Of a stretch of 52,571 bases of DNA, positions 45,416 to 52,571 are shown piece after piece (the stretch's first letter is position 1; every line of letters starts with the position of its first letter). The translations under genes were made by a program, and so were the position numbers. This stretch comes from a virus. Lineage: Duplodnaviria > Caudoviricetes. The notes under the pieces were generated by a model. That model had not been told where the DNA came from. It was given only the letters and a program-made list of their open reading frames with translations, and did no database searches. The stretch lies in the IMG/VR virus record IMGVR_UViG_3300031670_000002, positions 1-52,571 of that record, one strand, 5' to 3'.

Positions 45416-45613
45416 TCAGTCCTTGTGGCGGGCGAGCCAGTCGGCATAGCGCGGGTGGGCGCGTATCCACTGCTCCAGCACGTCGCTGCGGTTGCCGTCG
45501 CCCGCCAGCCAGTCGAGAAAGGCGAGCGTGTCGGCATGGCACGAGACATCGAAGTGGACGCGCCGCTCTATCTTGCGCGGGCGTCCTGGGCCACGTTTTG
45601 GCTTCTCGCTCAT
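45416..45613 (-). CDS. AT-hook/ribbon-helix-helix DNA-binding protein
   Basis: RGPGRPRK...VHFDVSC...NRSDVLE. Confidence 0.65.
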   Translation of the reverse strand: MSEKPKRGPGRPRKIERRVHFDVSCHADTLAFLDWLAGDGNRSDVLEQWIRAHPRYADWLARHKD

Positions 45614-46044
45614 TCCCGTATTGTCTTCATTGACAACGGTTCATCCGGCCAATTGGCCGGGACACCGTCTTCGATTGGTTCGGGGTATTTGAGCAAGCCC
45701 GCGTCGATTTCGGCGTGCGCCTCGCGCAAGGCTTGCGTAATCATGCCGCGCAAGGCGTCAATGCCGATGCGCAGCGACTTGCGTTTCACGGCACGCAAGT
45801 CTTGTGTCCAGTTCAGCAGTTTTGCGACTTTTTCCAGCCACAGGCGGGCGTCCATCTCCTCATCGGCGTACCAATCGGACGCGATATCAATACCGCTTCC
45901 GACGTGACAAAGAATGAAATCATTCTTCGGATCGTTGCTCTGGCGGTGATAGCCCAGGCCCGACCCGACGCCGACGATTACCGGCATTTCGACGCGGTTG
46001 CCGTCGGTACGCAGGATACCGAGCGGCTGCTCCTGAAATTCCAT
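45610..46044 (-). CDS. Hypothetical protein
   Basis: AAGGAGG RBS. Confidence 0.65.
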   Translation of the reverse strand: MEFQEQPLGILRTDGNRVEMPVIVGVGSGLGYHRQSNDPKNDFILCHVGSGIDIASDWYADEEMDARLWLEKVAKLLNWTQDLRAVKRKSLRIGIDALRGMITQALREAHAEIDAGLLKYPEPIEDGVPANWPDEPLSMKTIRE

Positions 46045-46054
46045 AGAAACCTCC

Positions 46055-46348
46055 TTAGACATTTTCGGACTGGCGATCAACAAACTTGATCGCCAACTGG
46101 AGAGACTTGAAGGATTTGAACCCTTTGGAGACGGTTGAGAATTGCTGATAGCCCAGGAAGTAGCCCTTCCAGCCGCTTCCCTGAATGACCTGACCGGCGG
46201 CGATCAGGTCGGTTACAGTGCGCATTGAGCGGATACGCCCGTCGCAATAGGAAGAGCAAAAGATAGATTGTTCCTGAGGGTAGTACGCGCCGTCTTTTTC
46301 AACGACGCGAAACATTCCGGTGAGTGAGGTGTACAGAACTGTCTCCAT
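46055..46348 (-). CDS. Hypothetical protein
   Basis: AAGGAG RBS after a promoter. Confidence 0.6.
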   Translation of the reverse strand: METVLYTSLTGMFRVVEKDGAYYPQEQSIFCSSYCDGRIRSMRTVTDLIAAGQVIQGSGWKGYFLGYQQFSTVSKGFKSFKSLQLAIKFVDRQSENV

Positions 46349-46392
46349 TTCAATCTCCTTGCTTCGTAAGGGTACATCCCTTATCTGTATTT

Positions 46393-46421
46393 ATTATACG
46401 TCGGAAAATAATAAATGTCAA
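46393..46421 (-). promoter_or_regulatory. Consensus sigma70 promoter
   Basis: TTGACA-N17-TATAAT. Confidence 0.85.
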
Positions 46422-46470
46422 GCGATATTCGTCGATTTTGTGACCAATTTCTGCACGCGCCGAAAACTCG

Positions 46471-46941
46471 TTACAGCCCGGCAAACTTCTGCTCGATGCG
46501 CTGATAGCCCGTATCGGCCTCGGTGGCAAGCAGTCTCAGGTACGTGTCCGTGGTCGCCAGCGAGCGATGCCTGAGCAGGTGTTGGATCTCCCGGATGTCC
46601 GATCCCGCGCTATAGCGTTCCCGTGCGCCGGTGTGCCGCAGCGAGTGAATGCCGACGCGCGCCGGATCAAGCCCCGCGCGTTTCGCGTAGCGTTTCAATG
46701 CCTGATACGGCGTGTTCGTGTCGAGCAGCTTGCGCGGATCATAGTCGGGTCGCGCCGGATCAATCGTGAACAGCGCGTGATCCGGCTGCATGTCTGCCAG
46801 TCGCCCCGTGTCGCGCAAATAGCCGAACAGCGCCTCAGCAGCCGGTGGCGGCAACTCTGCTGTATCCGCCTCTCTTGCTTTGCCCTTGCCATACCACTGA
46901 TACGTCCAGCCCAGACGGCGCACGTTGCCATCGATGATCAT
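46471..46941 (-). pseudogene. 5'-truncated tyrosine recombinase (catalytic C-terminal fragment)
   Basis: GKG, HSLRH, LLRH and TTDTY present; no first catalytic Arg box and no core-binding domain. Confidence 0.75.
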
Positions 46942-47146
46942 GAACGGCTTTGTGGACTTCACGTTCACCGGCGCTGGCAAGGAACTCGCGGCCAAACTGG
47001 TGAAGCCCGCCGATGCCGAGCGCGTCCTGGCGGTGCTTGCGGAGCCAGCGTAGCCGCGCTGTGCTATAATGATCACGATGTACAGAGGACACGCGCCGTT
47101 TGTTGTGAGATTGGAACCTTATAGATAGATCGCGCGTGTCCTGGCC

Positions 47147-47386
47147 TTATGCCACTTCCTCTTGTTTCTCAGGATACGGTATCGGGTTGCGTTTCTTCGG
47201 CGGCGCAACCGTGCGTATCTCCTCCGCGTCATACAGTGTCATGTGTGCGGAGAGCGTCTGAAACAGGCGCAGTCGCCTGGTGCGTCGTAGCTGCCGGATA
47301 TCATCCGGCGTGATGCGATAGCCAGCCCGCTCGCTCATTGCGTGCGCCGCCTCTGCTGGCGTCAACCATTTTTTGCCTATTGGCAT
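47147..47386 (-). CDS. HTH DNA-binding protein (candidate repressor)
   Basis: WLTPAEAA...ITPDDIRQLRR...LYDAEEI; GAGGAGG RBS; divergent promoters upstream. Confidence 0.7.
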   Translation of the reverse strand: MPIGKKWLTPAEAAHAMSERAGYRITPDDIRQLRRTRRLRLFQTLSAHMTLYDAEEIRTVAPPKKRNPIPYPEKQEEVA

Positions 47387-47418
47387 TGGAACCTCCTCAT
47401 TACTAGGATACCCCTCTT

Positions 47419-47447
47419 ATTGTACGGATATCGGATACCATTGTCAA
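47419..47447 (-). promoter_or_regulatory. Leftward sigma70 promoter with operator
   Basis: TTGACA-atggTATCCGATATCCG-TACAAT. Confidence 0.85.
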
Positions 47448-47511
47448 GCCGCGCAATGTGCCGAAACAGGCCAAAATCCCGTAAAATTGGGCATATTCGT
47501 GCCAAAAACCC

Positions 47512-47540
47512 TTGACAACATATCCGATATCCGGTATAAT
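47512..47540 (+). promoter_or_regulatory. Rightward sigma70 promoter with operator
   Basis: TTGACA-acaTATCCGATATCCGg-TATAAT. Confidence 0.88.
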
Positions 47541-47586
47541 TAAAGCATCAAGAGATTCTTGAAATAACAAAACGAGGTTCCAATCA

Positions 47587-48009
47587 ATGACCAAAACCAA
47601 GCGTGCAGCACACGACCGGTTCGCAACCATGCCCCGCATCACCGGCTACGGTATCCGCGATCAAGTTATCCGCCGCGAGTCCGATGATCCGATCATCGTC
47701 GAGTACGATGAGCAGCACGCTATCGCTATCTACCTGGTCGCCAGCCCGTTCGCGCACCTGTACTATCAGGTCGCAAAGATCGATGGCGAATGGCGCTGCA
47801 CCGCCAAAGAGGAGAAGGTAAAAGCTGAGTGCATCTACAAGGCACTCAGCTTCAAGAACGCGCCTGAGCGCAAGGCGCGTATGCAGCAACGGCACGCCGC
47901 CACCCGTCACGTCGCCGCCTTCGCCCGTGTCGTCGAGGCGTTCAACCACGCTGACGACGAGTGGCAAGCCATGAGCATTGACGAGCGACTGGCTCGCCAC
48001 GCGGCATAG
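47587..48009 (+). CDS. Hypothetical early protein
   Basis: GAGG RBS; first gene of the rightward operon. Confidence 0.65.
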   Translation: MTKTKRAAHDRFATMPRITGYGIRDQVIRRESDDPIIVEYDEQHAIAIYLVASPFAHLYYQVAKIDGEWRCTAKEEKVKAECIYKALSFKNAPERKARMQQRHAATRHVAAFARVVEAFNHADDEWQAMSIDERLARHAA

Positions 48010-48046
48010 TAGCGTGGGCGGCGTATCCGCCCACAAGGAGCAAGCA

Positions 48047-48292
48047 ATGAGCATCACCAAAGAGCAGATCGCGCAGCACGCCAGCGCGATCCCCAGCGCG
48101 ACCACTGCCGTCTACCGCACGATATGCGCGGCGCGGCTGGACATCTCGCATTACGGCGTCGTTTCCGATGAGACGGAAGCCACCGCCGTCGTCACGATTG
48201 GCCGGTTGCGTGACGCCCTCGACGCGTTGGAGCGCGACCTGGGCTTAGTCGCCCACATCGAAGCCGCGCTAGGATTGTCTCTCGTTGAATAG
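48047..48292 (+). CDS. Hypothetical protein
   Basis: AAGGAG RBS. Confidence 0.6.
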   Translation: MSITKEQIAQHASAIPSATTAVYRTICAARLDISHYGVVSDETEATAVVTIGRLRDALDALERDLGLVAHIEAALGLSLVE

Positions 48293-48326
48293 TACGGGCG
48301 GATATCCCGCCTATGGAGGTTTTCTT

Positions 48327-48950
48327 ATGGCAGAAGTCCAGCGGAAAGTGGTTGACGGCGTCAATGTCGTCAACATGCACGGCAAAAACTATGTGGAAGT
48401 CGCGGAGCGCGTGCGCCTTGTCCATACGCAGAAGCGCGAATTTGAGGTCATTGACAGCGCGCCCTTCATTATTGGCGACCGTTGCCTGTGGCGCGTCGTC
48501 GTTCTGGTAGACGGCAAACGCTATACCGGCAATGCCGAGGTCAAGCTGAACGCGCGCTCTGGCCCCGACCAGACGAATCCCTTTGAATGTGGGGAAACCT
48601 CGGCGCTCGGTCGCGCCCTGGCCTTCGCGGGCTTCGGCTCGGTCGAATCCATCGCATCCTACGATGAAGTCTACCGTGCCACAAACGGCGACGGCGCGAA
48701 ATCCGCCCCGGCAAAGCCCGCGCGCATCGATGCTGACCCGGCAGAAGTCGAGCGCGTGCGTGCGCTGGTCGGGCGCGTCTTCGGCTTCGCCGATGAGGAC
48801 TTTGAGGCGCGCTGGGACAAGTGCAAGCGCTTCGTTCTGAAAGCCGCGATTGCCGATCCCGACCTGCAACCTCAACATCTGGAGGCGTTGTCACGTTACG
48901 CGACAGCGCAACAAGAGAAGCACGCCGCACCGCAATCGAGCGCGGCATAG
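48327..48950 (+). CDS. Rad52/Sak-like single-strand annealing protein
   Basis: GKNYVEVAERV...TGNAE...ECGETSALGRAL...SIASYDEV. Confidence 0.7.
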   Translation: MAEVQRKVVDGVNVVNMHGKNYVEVAERVRLVHTQKREFEVIDSAPFIIGDRCLWRVVVLVDGKRYTGNAEVKLNARSGPDQTNPFECGETSALGRALAFAGFGSVESIASYDEVYRATNGDGAKSAPAKPARIDADPAEVERVRALVGRVFGFADEDFEARWDKCKRFVLKAAIADPDLQPQHLEALSRYATAQQEKHAAPQSSAA

Positions 48951-48997
48951 TCGAGTGCAGGGGCGCGAGCGATTGCGCCCCTGGAAAGGATACATCC

Positions 48998-49432
48998 ATG
49001 ATTACCATCGCAATCCAATTGATCAGCAAACCCGAAATGTCCTTCAATGAGGCCGTCGGTACGATTGGCTGGGCGTTCCCGTCCGCCGTTACCGTTGATA
49101 CTGACGGCGCAGCGGTGTCGTCAGGCATCGTGCGCGTGACGCTCGATCCGGACGCGCTGACCGATGCACAGCGCGATTGGCTGCACCTCTCGCCCTTTTC
49201 GGCGCGCTACATCGATTCCTACGAGGTGCAGTCCGCCGTCGATATCTGGCAAGTCCACAAAGACAACGAGGCGGCGTTTTTGTGCGTGCTGCTCAACGCT
49301 TACGCCGCGTTGTGCGAGATCGACGACAACGACGAAGTGGTCGCGCTCGCGTGTGAGCGCGTGAAAGAACTTGGCTGGGTGCTGATAGCCGATGAGAACG
49401 ATACGTTCACGCTCGCCCGTCAGGCGGCGTAG
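48998..49432 (+). CDS. Hypothetical protein
   Basis: AAAGGA RBS. Confidence 0.6.
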   Translation: MITIAIQLISKPEMSFNEAVGTIGWAFPSAVTVDTDGAAVSSGIVRVTLDPDALTDAQRDWLHLSPFSARYIDSYEVQSAVDIWQVHKDNEAAFLCVLLNAYAALCEIDDNDEVVALACERVKELGWVLIADENDTFTLARQAA

Positions 49433-49444
49433 AAAGGAAAAACA

Positions 49445-50290
49445 ATGATCCCATTACAGCGCAAATTGCGCACCCTGCGTAGTTGGCAAGGCAAGACGCT
49501 TGCCAGCATCGAAGCATCGCACCACATCCGCCTCGCGTCTCTCGTCGAATTTGAGGCGGGCGCAAGCAAGGCAATCACCTCGCTTGAAGCGATACACGGC
49601 CTGGACATTGCCGATGCGTATGGCCTGTCCGATGCGGCCTTGTTGCGCCTGATCGACGATGAGTACGCCTGGCGTGTGAGCGGCAGGACTGGCAATCTTG
49701 CCACGTTGCCCCGCCTTGTGCGCTATCTCTATCGCGGTGATTTACCGTATTCTGCCCGCGCGCTCTTTGCCGACGGCTTTGTCGTCATCGACACGGAGAC
49801 GACGGGCAAGGACGCGCACGCGCTTGAGGCGGAAATCGTCAGTATCACGATCCTCGATACCGACGGCATTCCCATCCTTAACAGTTCTGTCAAGCCGACG
49901 CGCCCTATCCCTGCTGAGGCGACGGCGATCCACGGCATTACTGACGATATGGTTGCCGACGCGCCCACATTCTGCGAACTTGCGCCGCGCATTGCGGAGA
50001 CGATCAACGGGCAAACGGTGATTGCCTATAACGCCGACTTCGACTGCTATCTGCTTGATAATCTCTTTATTCGCAACGGGCTTGACCTGCCAGATTTCGA
50101 TCAGTGGTGTCTGATGCGCGCGTATGCCGATTATCGCAAGACGCCGGGGCGCTACGGGAACTACAAGTGGCATAGCCTGAGCAACGCCTGCGAGCAGCAA
50201 CACGTCGCAATCGAAGACGCACACAGCGCGCTGGGGGATACGCTCGCGACATGGCGATTGCTCCAGGCGCTGGCGATGCCTTGCGAGTAA
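49445..50290 (+). CDS. DEDDh 3'-5' exonuclease (DnaQ-like) with N-terminal HTH-like region
   Basis: IDTETTG, IHGI, AYNADFD, AHSALGD. Confidence 0.9.
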   Translation: MIPLQRKLRTLRSWQGKTLASIEASHHIRLASLVEFEAGASKAITSLEAIHGLDIADAYGLSDAALLRLIDDEYAWRVSGRTGNLATLPRLVRYLYRGDLPYSARALFADGFVVIDTETTGKDAHALEAEIVSITILDTDGIPILNSSVKPTRPIPAEATAIHGITDDMVADAPTFCELAPRIAETINGQTVIAYNADFDCYLLDNLFIRNGLDLPDFDQWCLMRAYADYRKTPGRYGNYKWHSLSNACEQQHVAIEDAHSALGDTLATWRLLQALAMPCE

Positions 50291-50434
50291 CGCCACGCTC
50301 GCGGTATACTATCCCTATCTTGGGTGATTTCCGTGTACCCTACGCCGTGAGAGGGAGATCGAATCCACGGCATGTCTTTCTTCACTCCTTGACAGGCACG
50401 CGAGCGCGATCCACTGATCGCGCTCGCTCTGTGC

Positions 50435-50608
50435 TTATTTGCGTCGCGTTGGCTTTGCCGGCACAAGCGCGACATTGCCCTCGGCGGCGGCGATCAGCAG
50501 CAGTCGGATCACGTCGCTCTCGGACGACTGGCTATAGCGCGTTTTGAGCGCAGCCAGCGCGGCGTCTGACTCCGGTGTGGCATAATAGGTTTTGCGTTTG
50601 ACGTTCAT
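50435..50608 (-). CDS. 57-aa ribbon-helix-helix-like protein
   Basis: MNVKRKTYYATPESDAALAALKTRYSQSSESDVIRLLL; GAGGG RBS. Confidence 0.5.
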   Translation of the reverse strand: MNVKRKTYYATPESDAALAALKTRYSQSSESDVIRLLLIAAAEGNVALVPAKPTRRK

Positions 50609-50689
50609 GCTTCCCTCGCAGCGTTTGGGGATAGTGTAGCATACGCGACAAGTGACGCCATCATGGGTACTTCCATGCTATCACCGAGC

Positions 50690-50718
50690 TTGCGAATGTG
50701 ATGGTATGATGGTACAAT
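50690..50718 (+). promoter_or_regulatory. Recombinase promoter
   Basis: TTGCGA-N17-TACAAT with extended TG. Confidence 0.65.
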
Positions 50719-50749
50719 AGTGTACGTAAATCAGAGTTTACGTACACTA
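50718..50749. repeat. 13-6-13 perfect inverted repeat (candidate recombinase site)
   Basis: TAGTGTACGTAAA-TCAGAG-TTTACGTACACTA. Confidence 0.85.
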
Positions 50750-50763
50750 GTTTGGAGGTTCTG

Positions 50764-51675
50764 TTGAGCGATATTATCCCGGCGGTCACGATAGACCGCG
50801 ACGCGCTGATCTCGCCGTTCGCAGGCGAGTTGATGAAAAGTTCGCAACGGGTGTATGCCCATGACGCGGAAGTGTTTGCACGCTGGTTACAATCACTGCA
50901 TATTACCCCGGATACGATTACCGAAGAGGTGATGAGCGCCTATCGCGGCTATCTGCTCAATGAGTATAAATCCGCGACGGCCAAACGTATGTTTTCCGTT
51001 GCCTGCCGCCTGCTCGGTGTCCAGGTCGGGCGCAAAATCCTTGATTCCAATCCAGCCGCTAACGTGCGTGGCATTAAAGCAGAGGATGAAAGCCCCCATA
51101 TCGCCCTCTCCAAAGAACAAGCGAACGAATTGCTGGGTGCGATTGATACCAGCGCGCGCAAGGGCAAGCGCGATTACGCTTTACTTATGACGCTGCTCTA
51201 TACAGGTATCCGCCGCTTTGAATGCGCCGCTTTGACGCTGGGAGATATGACCGTTGCGCAGGGGCATCATATCCTGATCATTCAATCTGGCAAGGGAGAC
51301 CGCCGTGATATCGTCAAGTTGCGCGTCGAGGCATGGCGCGCCATTGACACCTATCTCCATGCGACGGATCGCGCCGCTTTGCCCAAAACCGCACCGTTGT
51401 TCTGCCAGTTCCGTCGAGGCGATAGCATGGTGGAAGCTCCGATTAGCAGCAACGTGATTTATCGCACCGTGACGCACTACGCGGAACTGGCAAAAATTGA
51501 CAACCTGAAACCGCACGGGATGCGCGCCTCGTTTATCACTCTCTCATTGGAGGGCGGCGCAAAGTTAGAGCAAGTCCAGTACGCGGCGCGGCACAAAGAC
51601 CCGCGCACGACGGAACGCTACCATCGGCGCAAACTGAATCTTGACCTGAACGCCGTTGATTTTATTCACCTGTAA
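50764..51675 (+). CDS. Tyrosine recombinase (XerC/D-like)
   Basis: TGIR, GKG, HGMR, ARH and TERY catalytic set; GGAGG RBS with TTG start. Confidence 0.93.
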   Translation: MSDIIPAVTIDRDALISPFAGELMKSSQRVYAHDAEVFARWLQSLHITPDTITEEVMSAYRGYLLNEYKSATAKRMFSVACRLLGVQVGRKILDSNPAANVRGIKAEDESPHIALSKEQANELLGAIDTSARKGKRDYALLMTLLYTGIRRFECAALTLGDMTVAQGHHILIIQSGKGDRRDIVKLRVEAWRAIDTYLHATDRAALPKTAPLFCQFRRGDSMVEAPISSNVIYRTVTHYAELAKIDNLKPHGMRASFITLSLEGGAKLEQVQYAARHKDPRTTERYHRRKLNLDLNAVDFIHL

Positions 51676-51690
51676 GGAAGGACACTTGAC

Positions 51691-52059
51691 ATGCGTAAGC
51701 AATCAGCAATCAGGGAACAGTATTGTAAAGAGCATAATATCAGTAGCAGTGACTTAGATCATATGCTATGGATATGGAAACAGCAAGGTAAGCGTACCGC
51801 CGATGCAAGCGCGGAGGTTCGTATCTATAGTGAATTTGCCACATCCCAAGAAGCTTTGACGCGCATTCAATGGGCCGAGATAAAGGCTTCTCATAACTAT
51901 GAGTGTTTGCGATGCCACAGGCGCGAACCTGATATAGAGTTAGTCGCCGATCATGTTCTGCCTAAATCCAAAGGCGGGCCGACTACTGCCGCGAATACGC
52001 AACCGCTTTGCCGATCCTGCAATGCAGCAAAGCGTGACAAACATATCGACTACCGATGA
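51691..52059 (+). CDS. HNH endonuclease
   Basis: CLRC...DHVLPKSKGG...NTQPLCRSCNAAK. Confidence 0.9.
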   Translation: MRKQSAIREQYCKEHNISSSDLDHMLWIWKQQGKRTADASAEVRIYSEFATSQEALTRIQWAEIKASHNYECLRCHRREPDIELVADHVLPKSKGGPTTAANTQPLCRSCNAAKRDKHIDYR

Positions 52060-52179
52060 TCTTACAGAAGACATCTCCGCTCGCGGTTGCGGTTTCATCA
52101 CCACCTGCGCTGCCGCGTTGCTCATACGTTCTACAGGAAGAGGCGATTTGCCCCGATGTTTGCTTTGGAAGGATTGTGT

Positions 52180-52571
52180 ATGAAAAAGATTCTTGTTTTG
52201 ATTGCCGCCCTCGCGCTGGTGTTGACCGCGCTTGTAGGCGGCGGCGCTGCGCTGGCGTATCACCAGTCTATCTCAACCACCGTGTTCTACGCCTGTGAGA
52301 ACACCTCAACCGGCGCGATTGACAGTTCCACTATCACGCAGGATAGCGGGCTTGATTGCAGTACAGATGGCGCATTCTCTACCCTGGTCAATTGGAGTGT
52401 GACCGGCCCCAAAGGTGACGCTGGCCCCGCTGGCCCGCAAGGCGCGCCGGGCGTGCAGGGAACGCAAGGTGCAACTGGCCCTGTCGGCCCCGCTGGCACA
52501 CCTGGCACGAACGGAACCAATGGCTCCAACGTGCTAACCAGCCAGGGCGCGCCCACTGGCGCATGTACCAC
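52180..52571 (+). CDS. Secreted collagen-like protein, 5' part (continues across the origin to 575; about 279 aa)
   Basis: ATG at 52180 gives the signal-peptide-like MKKILVLIAALALVLTALVGGGAALA, then Gly-X-Y repeats; in frame with ORF 9..575 after circularisation. Confidence 0.85.
   Translation, partial: MKKILVLIAALALVLTALVGGGAALAYHQSISTTVFYACENTSTGAIDSSTITQDSGLDCSTDGAFSTLVNWSVTGPKGDAGPAGPQGAPGVQGTQGATGPVGPAGTPGTNGTNGSNVLTSQGAPTGACT
52445..52571. repeat. Terminal direct repeat, copy 2 (circular-assembly overlap)
   Basis: Identical to 1-127. Confidence 0.95.

Noticed and set aside
1-52571. tRNA or rRNA genes
   Set aside because: None recognised by eye; tRNAscan-SE or ARAGORN would be needed to exclude them

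Overview
The window is an apparently complete, circularly assembled tailed-phage genome of about 52.4 kb; bases 1-127 are repeated exactly at 52445-52571. It is siphovirus-like and probably temperate. The host is tentatively Chloroflexota (Ktedonobacteria-like), an inference from remembered protein similarity only. The + strand carries packaging, head, tail and lysis genes (about 2.5-31.5 kb), with many small accessory ORFs inside the head module. The - strand carries early and replication genes (31.5-47.4 kb), including an RpoD-like sigma factor, a DnaC-like loader and a replication initiator with iterons. A rightward early operon (47.5-52.4 kb) has a Rad52-like annealase, a DEDDh exonuclease, a tyrosine recombinase, an HNH protein and a collagen-like protein. 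The standout observation is a 467-aa intein in the MuF-like minor head gene whose sense frame has no recognisable endonuclease. Instead, a 373-aa zinc-finger/DUF559(Vsr)-type endonuclease is encoded antisense, codon-for-codon, inside the intein, with its own apparent leaderless promoter, and both frames stay open. Other notable items: the MuF gene appears split by a ~1 kb insert; a conserved GNRA-capped, RBS-pairing RNA motif precedes three virion genes; the sigma factor lacks canonical promoter-melting residues; a 13-6-13 inverted repeat sits before the recombinase; and there are an Acb2/Tad1-like protein, an RLIG1-like RNA ligase and a tail protein with a glycoside hydrolase domain. All family calls come from motif recognition by eye; no database searches were run.
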